Source: a virus (taxonomy: Duplodnaviria; Caudoviricetes). From it: a DNA stretch of 30,476 nt. Where the stretch lies: positions 1 to 30,476 of the IMG/VR virus record IMGVR_UViG_3300022697_000010, one strand, 5' to 3'. Within the stretch, counting starts at the first letter, position 1. Every line of letters begins with the position of its first letter. The translations under genes and the position numbers were made by a program. This document shows positions 18,579 through 27,034 of the stretch, in pieces. The notes below the pieces were generated by a model. That model ran no database searches. It was not told where the DNA came from and saw only the letters and a list, made by a program, of their open reading frames with translations.

Positions 18579-19509
18579 TCTAAAAAATTTCTACTTAAGG
18601 GGGAAAGAGGAGCTGGAGCTGGCAGAGTACACTTTTAGGTTGTATCAACCCGGACTAGACACACTTCCAGGTTGTAAATCCTTTCAGAGCCATTTTAAGG
18701 GGGGCTAGAGCGCCTCTAGCAGATTTCAGGTATGTCCACCCATAAAAGAGGCTAGCAACCATAGCGTGTAGAGTTTCAACTATAGGGCGAGTCCCTACGC
18801 GCGTGCGTGCGAACCTATAATCCGCGTAAAGGACATGAACACATTCTAATAAACGCATGAGACCGGGCAGTCTGTAACAATTAGTGATTAGACATTGCAG
18901 GCTAGATTTGCGACAAGGGGTTGCGACCCGCTCTTTATGACCACCTAGCAGGCGATCTATGCTAGGCCACTCGATACTGAACCGCGCATTGGTTCGGGTG
19001 ACATACTTGCGCTGGCAACTGTAGCACCAAAATGTGGTGCCAGATTGGACCTGAGTTTATATCAGATAAGGCTATGAGATTGTTTTAGGCGTCGATTAGC
19101 TGGATAGTATGCTAATATTACTGCACGCAAGAGGTGGGATATTAGGTGTTTCTGATAAGTAGGAAAGCAAGGGATAAGGTTTGGACGACATCACACTTAA
19201 GTGCTACTCGTTGAGTGCTTCGCTTGGCGCACAACTGCTTAAACTTCCCTTTGGGTGTAGTTGTGTGACCCTGAATAGACCCTGTCGGATAGCAACACGG
19301 GATCAGCGGAAACATTGTAGGGCATGGATGTGTCCCATTGACTAAAAGTCTAAACCGGTTCGCAAAACATTTCACTTGATTGCAGTCTAAACCTAAGACA
19401 GGCCAACCTGTTTGCGCTATGGCGTAGGGTTTGGATTGCATGAATACAGGACTGTTTAACTACGGTTCTGTTTTTGTGCAATCTCGCACGGCAATAGAAG
19501 GAAAGTACC

Positions 19510-20046
19510 ATGTACGTCTACAAAGAAACTCAGATTGACAGTGCTATCGTTGTTCTTGTGAAAGACGCTGGCAAACTTCAAGACAAAATTCATGCGCTTG
19601 GCGTTGCTTCACTGGTCGCTTGTATGCGGTCGAAGGCAACCATGACCCAAACAGTAGAGCGCATTAACGCCATTCAGAACGCTTCATCGTACCATAGCAA
19701 GCCTTTCAGCGTTTGGGTTAGCTTGTTTACCCCGTTCACTTGGAACAATGAAACAAAAGAATGGGTGGGCCATGCTAAAAAGAAAGTAACCAAGGCTATG
19801 TGTACCGAGGGTAAGGCCAAACCTTTTTGGGAGTGTAAGCCTGCCCCAAAGGTGACTGAGTTTAATGACATTGACGAATTGTTCAAGCTTATTGATAAAA
19901 TCTCTAAGAAAGCTAAAAAAGGTGGCGACAACGTGACTGTTCACCCCGCTATCATCAACGCTCTGGACAAAGTGGCCAAACAAGCCGAAATCTTGCTCAC
20001 AACTGAAAAGGCTATCACCGAGGCGAATGAAACAAAAGCCGCCTGA
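19510..20046 (+). CDS. First early protein, hypothetical
   Basis: 178 aa, GAAGGA RBS, KPFWECKP motif. Confidence 0.85.
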   Translation: MYVYKETQIDSAIVVLVKDAGKLQDKIHALGVASLVACMRSKATMTQTVERINAIQNASSYHSKPFSVWVSLFTPFTWNNETKEWVGHAKKKVTKAMCTEGKAKPFWECKPAPKVTEFNDIDELFKLIDKISKKAKKGGDNVTVHPAIINALDKVAKQAEILLTTEKAITEANETKAA

Positions 20047-20067
20047 TACCACCCACAAAGAAATTGT

Positions 20068-20097
20068 AAGGACCATTAGTTAGCGCTAGTGGTCCTT
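20068..20097 (+). other. Intergenic hairpin (processing or terminator-like)
   Basis: AAGGACCATTAG-ttagcg-CTAGTGGTCCTT. Confidence 0.55.
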
Positions 20098-20132
20098 CAC
20101 TATGGTCAACCCCTCTTGAAAGGAATATTCCA

Positions 20133-20342
20133 ATGACAATACGCTATACAATGGCCAATCAATACGAAAAGTATAACACCTTTTCCGAGCGTGAAGAAGC
20201 CTTTGATATTTGGATGGATGGCTTTAGACAACTATCGCCAAGGCGTGCCAAGTATATCAGGCGGATACACTCTCTAAGAAACAACCTCAAAGCTGGCGTC
20301 ATGCGACACATGCGGTTGACGGGGGAATACCCTACCTTGTGA
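20133..20342 (+). CDS. Hypothetical early protein
   Basis: 69 aa, AAAGGA RBS. Confidence 0.75.
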   Translation: MTIRYTMANQYEKYNTFSEREEAFDIWMDGFRQLSPRRAKYIRRIHSLRNNLKAGVMRHMRLTGEYPTL

Positions 20343-20421
20343 GTTTACTTTAGGGCAGTCTATGATTGTCCTATGGCAAGCACACGTAGCTTGAAACCCA
20401 GGAAATTAGAAAGGGTACACT

Positions 20422-20664
20422 ATGTCTAAAGGTATGACATCATCATTCAATTACAGGACTATCCAACGTGGGTTGCGATCGGAGTATCAGACCGAACAAG
20501 CTCTTAAGCGTACTGCTATTGCACTAGGTCTAGCCCCTGAACCTATGGCGACACATACATTCTCAGGTACCAAGACACCTCTAGGTTCGGTCACAACTAA
20601 GAGGGTTAAACTGTCCAGCCTTAAGCGTGGTCCTGAGGGGCGTGTGCTATGGTCATGGAAGTAG
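20422..20664 (+). CDS. Hypothetical basic early protein
   Basis: 80 aa, GAAAGG RBS. Confidence 0.75.
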   Translation: MSKGMTSSFNYRTIQRGLRSEYQTEQALKRTAIALGLAPEPMATHTFSGTKTPLGSVTTKRVKLSSLKRGPEGRVLWSWK

Positions 20665-20669
20665 GGTCT

Positions 20670-20918
20670 ATGTACAGTATTGAGTGTAGGGACCTCATCC
20701 TTATCAACACGGACCCCCAACGTAGGTGCTACAATGGCGCTCACTTTAGTTCTGAGTTTGTCTGGTCAGGGTGGTACGTTATTGACTGGCAGATAGCTGA
20801 GGCTAGGCTTGGTAAACGTCTAGCTTTCTGGCGTGACCTAAATGAGTACGCAGTAAGTCAACGGGGTAAGCCTGCCCGTAGTGAATTCAGAGCGAAAGGA
20901 ATACCTAATGAAAAATGA
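20670..20918 (+). CDS. Conserved-looking phage hypothetical protein
   Basis: INTDPQRRCYNG..W..FWRDLNEYAVSQRG. The ATG at 20670 is preferred as start. Confidence 0.75.
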   Translation: MYSIECRDLILINTDPQRRCYNGAHFSSEFVWSGWYVIDWQIAEARLGKRLAFWRDLNEYAVSQRGKPARSEFRAKGIPNEK

Positions 20919-21009
20919 GAATAGGTGGGCTGTATTCTGGCTGACTGTCTTTGAAATAACAATCACCGCTGGCCTAGGGTTCTTGATACTCTTGGCCTTT
21001 GTAATCTAG
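20908..21009 (+). CDS. 33-aa single-pass membrane peptide (below the ORF-track cutoff)
   Basis: AAAGGA RBS; MKNENRWAVFWLTVFEITITAGLGFLILLAFVI; fills the gap between neighbouring genes exactly. Confidence 0.65.
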   Translation: MKNENRWAVFWLTVFEITITAGLGFLILLAFVI

Positions 21010-21022
21010 GAAAGGAAAGACT

Positions 21023-21214
21023 ATGCTTACTAACTTTGTCGAAGGACGCTATGCCCTCAAGCGTGGGGATGAGTACCTTAAGGCAATGCCTCTTGGTACA
21101 CGTGAGTTTGCACCTAATGTTGACGAGGCTGTGTTGTTCTCTCTTGCTGAACATCTTGCCTTGCCTATCATGCGGGATGAACGTTGGGTTCTTATACAAA
21201 AGAGGGAGACTTAA
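21023..21214 (+). CDS. Hypothetical protein
   Basis: 63 aa, AAGGA RBS. Confidence 0.7.
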   Translation: MLTNFVEGRYALKRGDEYLKAMPLGTREFAPNVDEAVLFSLAEHLALPIMRDERWVLIQKRET

Positions 21215-21216
21215 CA

Positions 21217-21609
21217 ATGAACCGTGAGGATAGTGTAAGAGAGTTTATGGAAGCCTTTGGGCAGGCTGTAGACGGGCTATGGACTGAGGACATCCTTGAA
21301 CTTAGGTGCAAGCTGATAGCTGAGGAAGTCCAGGAAGTTATTGAGGAACTGTTTGACTACCAGACAGAGACTTGGATTGAACCGTCAAAGGTATCTAAGG
21401 CAAGGGTACTTAAGGAACTCACAGACCTACAGTACGTTGTCTCTGGTATGGCTGTTGCCCTAGGGCTTAACCTTGATGAGGCCTTTGAGCGTGTACACCG
21501 CAGCAATATGTCTAAGCTCTTGGACAATGGACAACCCCTCAAGCGTGAGGACGGGAAGGTCCTCAAGGGTCCTAACTATATCCCGCCTGTAATGGATGAT
21601 CTTGTTTAG
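21217..21609 (+). CDS. MazG-like / PRA-PH nucleotide pyrophosphohydrolase
   Basis: VREFMEAF..LIAEEVQE..KELTDLQYV..VHRSNMSK..REDGKVLKGPNY; start 21217 with GAGGGAG RBS. Confidence 0.9.
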   Translation: MNREDSVREFMEAFGQAVDGLWTEDILELRCKLIAEEVQEVIEELFDYQTETWIEPSKVSKARVLKELTDLQYVVSGMAVALGLNLDEAFERVHRSNMSKLLDNGQPLKREDGKVLKGPNYIPPVMDDLV

Positions 21610-21622
21610 AAAGGATGAAACA

Positions 21623-21907
21623 ATGAAACACTTAACGATTGCACTGGCGAGCCTCTTGTTGTTCGCACCTAACGCTGATGCTAAGACTAAGATTGTTCCA
21701 AAGCATAAGTGTTATACCCGAGTGTCCCTTGCTAACCACTTCAGTAAGCTAGGTATCCGTGTGACCCAACGGTTCCTCACTTCTGATGGTCACCTTATGG
21801 AACTGTGGAAGGCACCTGATGGTTCGTGGGCCTTGCTTGTGGTCAATGGCCCTATCGCCTGTCCTGTTGTGACTGGTTATGCAAGCGAGGTAGTACCCAA
21901 TGTATGA
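21623..21907 (+). CDS. Secreted/periplasmic protein with signal peptide
   Basis: MKHLTIALASLLLFAPNADA|K, C..R..L....ELW...GSW.L.....AC.V..G; start 21623. Confidence 0.75.
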   Translation: MKHLTIALASLLLFAPNADAKTKIVPKHKCYTRVSLANHFSKLGIRVTQRFLTSDGHLMELWKAPDGSWALLVVNGPIACPVVTGYASEVVPNV

Positions 21908-21960
21908 TCCGTGTGATGATGTAACCTATTGGTTCAGTGCTAAATGGTGGAGGAAATTCA

Positions 21961-22278
21961 GTGAGACATGATGGTTTTAAGAAAGCTATGAGGCGTATGG
22001 ATGGGGGCCTTCCCTTGTCTTTCGAACCTAAGTTTCCCTCAGTCAAGAAAGTCGATAGGCTAAGCTGTCCTTTCCTCGAGGCTGGGGTTAGAATACTTAA
22101 GCACCTTGATGAAGGGACGTCTGTACGTGCCTTGAATCTTTTCTATTGGGTGACAACAGAACAAGGTGAAAATTACTGGAACGAGAGGGCTTATGAACGT
22201 GTCCCCCTTAGCGCTGATGATATAGCGTATATTCGTGACATTGGTAACTACTTCGTAGGGGTGAGGGCTTATGAGTAA
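21961..22278 (+). CDS. Hypothetical protein
   Basis: GTG start with GGAGG RBS; F.W..T.QG.NYW motif. Confidence 0.75.
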   Translation: MRHDGFKKAMRRMDGGLPLSFEPKFPSVKKVDRLSCPFLEAGVRILKHLDEGTSVRALNLFYWVTTEQGENYWNERAYERVPLSADDIAYIRDIGNYFVGVRAYE

Positions 22279-22708
22279 AGGTAACTTCAAAAGGTTTATG
22301 AGAGGACTTGACAATGGGAATGGTATTCTTAAGGAGGAGAGGGCTAACAACAGCGAAGCGAATAGCAAGACTACTAAGCCGCGAGTATGGAGTACCATCC
22401 AGGTCAACTCTGTCCTTGAGTCGGCAGGACTTACATTCAACACAGTTTTTAGTGCGGTGGGGTACAACGACACAAGCAGCCCTGACCCAGACCCTGAGTG
22501 TGATGAACCCTTCGCAGAGTATCAGAGCAATAGCAGACAAACGTGGCTTTCGCTCTTCCCTAATGAGTCTAGGTTCGGAGGCTTCATGTCTTACTGCACC
22601 TGCGACTTCTGCGCAGAAATACGTGCTACCTACGGTGTTCAAGAAGGAGAAACTCCCCACCATTACCGCGACAGGACAGCGGGTAGTACTCCGTCCAACT
22701 CGGCATAG
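22271..22708 (+). CDS. Possible overprinted acidic protein with CxCxxC
   Basis: ATG overlaps the end of the upstream gene, GAGG RBS, and the N-terminus echoes the upstream gene. About 395 nt overlap the ATP-grasp gene in another frame. Confidence 0.45.
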   Translation: MSKGNFKRFMRGLDNGNGILKEERANNSEANSKTTKPRVWSTIQVNSVLESAGLTFNTVFSAVGYNDTSSPDPDPECDEPFAEYQSNSRQTWLSLFPNESRFGGFMSYCTCDFCAEIRATYGVQEGETPHHYRDRTAGSTPSNSA

Positions 22709-23291
22709 TGGGGGTAGAAACTTCTTTGTTATCAATGACTTAGAGGGGCTACTTAATGTACTACATGAACACCCTGATGTGTTCCGAGATGGGTGGTATG
22801 CCTCACCTTTAATCAACAAAGTATCTGAGTATCGTGTAATGGTTATGCGTGGAAGGATTGTCTTCATTGCTGAGAAAGTACCTGCTGACAGATCAGAGGT
22901 GGTGTGGAACTTCAGGGGTGGCGGCATGTTCTACAATGTTAAGTGGGGTGACTGGCCTCTTGAGGTATGCCGAGCAGCACTATCTGTTGCTGAAGTATCC
23001 GGTACAGACTTCTCTGCTGTGGATATTATGGTGGGTGAAGATGGTAAGACTTGGTTCATTGAGGCTAACTCAGCACCGGGTATGCCCTGCTATGAAGGAC
23101 GGTACACCTACAGGCAGCACTGCCTAGCCAAAGCCTTCGCCTATCACTACCACAACAGAGAAGAATTGTTTGAGTACGTGGAGGAGATAGATAGTTGGAA
23201 GGATATTATCCACCCATGCCTACTGAGAGGCTCTAGGAGCGCCACTGAGGGGGCATTGAGTACTTCCATGAGTGACCATAGCCTAGAGTAG
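22314..23291 (+). CDS. ATP-grasp amide/peptide ligase (RimK/YheC-D-like, phage type)
   Basis: LVRWG..N...I...DK, RPTRHSGGRNF, EYRV.V, VWN...GG.F, DFSAVDI......FIEANSAPG; ATG at 22314 with AGAGGA RBS. Confidence 0.9.
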   Translation: MGMVFLRRRGLTTAKRIARLLSREYGVPSRSTLSLSRQDLHSTQFLVRWGTTTQAALTQTLSVMNPSQSIRAIADKRGFRSSLMSLGSEASCLTAPATSAQKYVLPTVFKKEKLPTITATGQRVVLRPTRHSGGRNFFVINDLEGLLNVLHEHPDVFRDGWYASPLINKVSEYRVMVMRGRIVFIAEKVPADRSEVVWNFRGGGMFYNVKWGDWPLEVCRAALSVAEVSGTDFSAVDIMVGEDGKTWFIEANSAPGMPCYEGRYTYRQHCLAKAFAYHYHNREELFEYVEEIDSWKDIIHPCLLRGSRSATEGALSTSMSDHSLE

Positions 23292-23339
23292 TTAGAGCCA
23301 GTCAGTGAGGCTTATACAGAGTGATAGGTATGGGGTGTG

Positions 23340-23457
23340 CGGGGTACTTTAGTACAACTATAGTACTATAAACTACTTATGTAACTAATTACTATCCTTA
23401 AGTACTACTTAAGTAAGTACTAAAGTATAGGGTAACACGGAGTTTACAAGATGTCAA
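23340..23457. other. AT-rich palindromic spacer with a leftward promoter (ori-like)
   Basis: TATAGTACTATA palindrome (23359-23370), TTAAGTA-C-TACTTAA inverted repeat (23398-23412), minus-strand TTGACA-N17-TACCCT at 23429-23457. Confidence 0.5.
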
Positions 23458-23909
23458 GACAAATATTTGTTGTAAAAGAACGAAGTGAAAAGGCTGCCGA
23501 AGCGCTGGCTGTGTGCAGTAAGGTCTTCGTTTATGGAACATTGAAGCGAGAGTACGGTAACAGTCGGCTCTTCAGCGGGGGTGGTGGGGATTTCCTTTGG
23601 GAGAGTTCCACACGTAAAGCCTTCGTGATGTATGATGCTGGCTGTCCTATGATTAAACCTAAAGAGTATGCCCTACAGGATGATGTTAACCCCTCTAAGA
23701 TCCTACCTGTGAAAGGTGAGGTCTGGCAGGTGAACACCGTAGACTGTATGGAGCGCCTTGATACACTTGAAGGTGAAGGTTACCTCTACCACAGACGGTT
23801 GGAGGAGACGAAGGATGGAACAAAGGTCTGGACTTATCAGGTCTTTGATTCTTTCTTTGAAGACTGTATGTTCGCAACAGAAGTAGAAGGAGAATGGGTA
23901 TGGCCTTGA
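23451..23909 (+). CDS. Gamma-glutamyl(amine) cyclotransferase (GGCT/AIG2-like)
   Basis: VFVYGTLK, VKGEVWQV, LDTLEG (catalytic Glu), Y.R, VWTY. Confidence 0.9.
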   Translation: MSRQIFVVKERSEKAAEALAVCSKVFVYGTLKREYGNSRLFSGGGGDFLWESSTRKAFVMYDAGCPMIKPKEYALQDDVNPSKILPVKGEVWQVNTVDCMERLDTLEGEGYLYHRRLEETKDGTKVWTYQVFDSFFEDCMFATEVEGEWVWP

Positions 23910-24805
23910 AGAAAGAGTTTGACTATGATGGGTACTGCACAGTCAGAGAGACGCGCAAGTTAACCCAAGCACCTAGGGTAGGCTTTGAGTGGGAGGTTCC
24001 TCTCGACTTCAGCGAGGTGGCACCCGATGCTACTGGTAATGTGTACTATGACGATGAGGAGGGGGAGGACGCCAAGTATGAGGAGGCTGAGGCTATCCTG
24101 TCAGATGAGTTCGACGACTTCACTGAAAACAATAGGTTCAACTACCATCTTGAGTGTGGTGGCATGGAGTTCCAGTCGCCCTGCTTTCAAACATTGACAA
24201 CAGCTAAAAGCTTTGCTGGTCTGTTAAAAGCAGAGATTGAGGGTAAGAAATACCTGTTCGACTTCGACCAACACGATGAGCAAGACTGTGGGATACACGT
24301 CCATGTGTCAGACCATACGGATCGTGTCAGTAACATTGACTACATCAACCTAGGTCTTATGTTAGGGTACCTTGATGAGGATGCCTTCATCTTTGATCTG
24401 TCGGGGAGGCAAGAAGGTAAGTACTATTCTGCCCAGGCCCGTCCCTACATTATGCTAGGGGCTAACCGTAGGTGCCTATTCCTCCTTAAGCAGGATAAGA
24501 TTTCGTTTGAGATCCGTAGGCATATTGAGATGTATATGGGAAGGTGCCTTCGTTACAACCTGATGGGTACTGCAGAGTTCAGACTGTTCTCACCTCAACC
24601 AAAAGTTCTAGTACCAGCTATCGAGTTTGCACACAGCACCTTTAAGTTTATCAAGAGGTATCGCAACAAGGGACGGTCACCTACCCTTATGGAGTACAAG
24701 AAGTGGCTTATGAAACAGAAAGGGTACAAGACTCTTAAGAACTACGGTGACTTTGATCTTATTAAAAACAGAAAGAAAGGCTTCAATCATGGCTATAAAG
24801 CGTAG
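23894..24805 (+). CDS. Amidoligase (COOH-NH2 ligase, glutamine-synthetase fold), copy 1
   Basis: VGFEWE, MEFQSP, CGIHVHVS, AEFRLF. Confidence 0.8.
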   Translation: MGMALKKEFDYDGYCTVRETRKLTQAPRVGFEWEVPLDFSEVAPDATGNVYYDDEEGEDAKYEEAEAILSDEFDDFTENNRFNYHLECGGMEFQSPCFQTLTTAKSFAGLLKAEIEGKKYLFDFDQHDEQDCGIHVHVSDHTDRVSNIDYINLGLMLGYLDEDAFIFDLSGRQEGKYYSAQARPYIMLGANRRCLFLLKQDKISFEIRRHIEMYMGRCLRYNLMGTAEFRLFSPQPKVLVPAIEFAHSTFKFIKRYRNKGRSPTLMEYKKWLMKQKGYKTLKNYGDFDLIKNRKKGFNHGYKA

Positions 24806-26096
24806 ACTTGAGCGGGACGGTAACACTTACATCTGGCCTCGGGCTAGCAGTGAGGTTATCTACGTTGATGTGGAGGGTAATTCTCTTACGAGTTCGGAGT
24901 GCTACTTCTTCGGCCCTAACTTTCATAAACTTTACCCAGACATTCGGACATACCGTGACTTGTATGAGCAGTGGATAGAACCTAACAGGTCGGCTGTGGT
25001 AGTACAGTCTGATGAGGGGTGTGGCTTAGCCCAGACTATCCTTAGCTTCGTCTGTCGTCAGCTAACGTCACAAGGGGTCTGGACTGAAGACCTTATCGAG
25101 CATGCTTACACAAGGGACTTGGACAACCCTTTGATCCGCATACTAAGTATACCTGATGACTTACGCCTACTTCTTCCTGACCTTACCACTCCCTTTTTCA
25201 TGAGTACTGACTCAAGGGGTAGGTCTTGGTACCCTGACAGGAAGGCCCAACCAGTTGATAGTAAGTGGTCTAGCCATCATAACTACTCTTACAAGATGGG
25301 TTCAGAAGACTTCAACTTCTACCGCTCGCTTCACAAGAGTAACTCTGAGTTATACTTTGGTCTTGAGTTAGAGATTAACACCAAGCTTTCAGCCGAGGAG
25401 ATACAGAGTATCGTCACAGACTTTGAGCCTAAGCAAGAGCCTTTCTTTATCTTCAAGCAGGACGCTTCCATCGGTGGGCGCTATCAGAATAACCTTGAGA
25501 TTGTCACAGTGCCTTGCTCACCTAGCTACCTTAAGAAGAACTTCAGGGTCTTCTTCAAGAAGCTTCGGCACCTAGCCGCTAAGAAAGATATCCAGTTATC
25601 TTCTTTAATCGAGATGGAGAATGTAAACAGTAACGGACTACACATTCATGTGAGTAAGGATGCTTTCCTCTACCGCTTCCATAAGAATAGGTTCATTACA
25701 TTGATGAACAGTGATAGGAGAGACAACAAAAACTTCTTCGCTCTGTTGTCTAAGCGTAGCAGGTACTGGGAGAATAGCTACTGCTTTATTGATAGTTCTT
25801 ACCGTGGCGTACGTCCAGCCTATGCTATCAAGAGTACTCGGGGCAGCTCTGAACGTCACTCTGTCTGCCACTCACTCGCCCCGGCTACTATTGAAGTGAG
25901 ACTCTTCTCAGGCATCCCGGACATTGAACACATCTGTAGCTGCATCGAGTTCACTGAGGCTATCTTCAACTTCACTCGGTTCAACAGTGTATCCTCTATC
26001 TCTAATAGCTTTATACCAGACTTCAAGAGGTGGCTAGGTAAGCAGTCAAGGAACAAGTACCGTAGCCTAACTAAGAGGGTCAAGCAATGTGCTTAA
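24789..26096 (+). CDS. Amidoligase (COOH-NH2 ligase), copy 2, with N-terminal extension
   Basis: YFGLELE, KQDASI, LEIVTVP, GLHIHVS, TIEVRLF. The ATG at 24789 is preferred as start. Confidence 0.85.
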   Translation: MAIKRRLERDGNTYIWPRASSEVIYVDVEGNSLTSSECYFFGPNFHKLYPDIRTYRDLYEQWIEPNRSAVVVQSDEGCGLAQTILSFVCRQLTSQGVWTEDLIEHAYTRDLDNPLIRILSIPDDLRLLLPDLTTPFFMSTDSRGRSWYPDRKAQPVDSKWSSHHNYSYKMGSEDFNFYRSLHKSNSELYFGLELEINTKLSAEEIQSIVTDFEPKQEPFFIFKQDASIGGRYQNNLEIVTVPCSPSYLKKNFRVFFKKLRHLAAKKDIQLSSLIEMENVNSNGLHIHVSKDAFLYRFHKNRFITLMNSDRRDNKNFFALLSKRSRYWENSYCFIDSSYRGVRPAYAIKSTRGSSERHSVCHSLAPATIEVRLFSGIPDIEHICSCIEFTEAIFNFTRFNSVSSISNSFIPDFKRWLGKQSRNKYRSLTKRVKQCA

Positions 26097-27034
26097 TTAT
26101 ACACAAGAAGCCTAACTTTGATATACCTTACGACAAGTTTGAGTCGGCTGTTATCAACAATCCTGATGGGTACGGACTGACCTACCCTGACGGTAACGGT
26201 AAGCTACACACCTACCGTACACCTGACAAGCCTGACCCTGAGGTTCTCTACAAGGAAGTTAATGAGGAGTTGGGTGGGGCAGACGTACTGTTGCACCTGC
26301 GGTTCAACACGGCGGGGGAGACTAACCTTCGTAATGCCCATCCCTTCTCTATCCTTGAGAAAGCTACCGATGGTATAGACCTACGTATGGCACACAACGG
26401 TACCATCTATGACTATAAGACTAAGGCAGAGGTAGGTGAGAGTGATACCAGAGCCTTCGCTAGGCTATTCGTTCGGCCATTGTTCAAGCGGCTGAGCAAA
26501 GGAATGGACCTCGTGGATATACTCAAGGACCCATTCACTAAGGAGTTGCTTGAGGATAAACTTCCTAAGACTTCTGTGCTGTCTTTCCTTGACGGTGAAG
26601 GCAACTCACTCAACATCAATCCGACAGGTAATGGGGGCAAGGAAGAGAAGGGATGGTACTACAGTAACGTCTACTCTTTCAACCCTAACCATAGAAAACC
26701 TACCTACCCTAAGACTTACCAGACTTACGGTTATGATTCAGACTACTACAAGAGACCTAACTACAACAACAACTACTTGCCTACTACGACTAAGCAACCT
26801 GAAATGACAGAGGATATGAATGTGGAACGGTTTACTAAGAAGTTTGATCTTACTCTTAAGCAAGTGTACACAATGGCTGATGAGACGATTGAAGAGTTGG
26901 TGCTGATGGATGGTGACAGTGCTGTCCTTCTCATCAAGGAGTTGTTGGCAACCGCACAAGGGTTGGAGGAGAGCCGAGGTAAAGCCCTCTCGCAGTTGGT
27001 CGTACTCAAGAAGAAGGTAGGGGGTGCGAAATGA
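26087..27034 (+). CDS. Class II (Ntn) glutamine amidotransferase
   Basis: M-C N-terminus (nucleophilic Cys1), NNPDGYG, HLRFNTAG, NAHPF, HNG, SDT. Confidence 0.9.
   Translation: MCLIIHKKPNFDIPYDKFESAVINNPDGYGLTYPDGNGKLHTYRTPDKPDPEVLYKEVNEELGGADVLLHLRFNTAGETNLRNAHPFSILEKATDGIDLRMAHNGTIYDYKTKAEVGESDTRAFARLFVRPLFKRLSKGMDLVDILKDPFTKELLEDKLPKTSVLSFLDGEGNSLNINPTGNGGKEEKGWYYSNVYSFNPNHRKPTYPKTYQTYGYDSDYYKRPNYNNNYLPTTTKQPEMTEDMNVERFTKKFDLTLKQVYTMADETIEELVLMDGDSAVLLIKELLATAQGLEESRGKALSQLVVLKKKVGGAK

Noticed and set aside
18970-19010. GGTTCG as a tRNA T-arm
   Set aside because: No cloverleaf, acceptor stem or anticodon arm; it is a simple hairpin.
19271-19315. CTGAATAGA...GAAAC as a hammerhead ribozyme
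   Set aside because: The core is not CUGANGA and I could not build stems I and III.
18655-19441. Minus-strand ORFs 18655-18858 and 19142-19441
   Set aside because: No RBS or protein-like features; they overlap repeats and plus-strand RNA structures.
22208-22927. 239-aa antisense ORF
   Set aside because: It mirrors the ATP-grasp gene, has no recognisable motif or RBS, and would imply triple coding.
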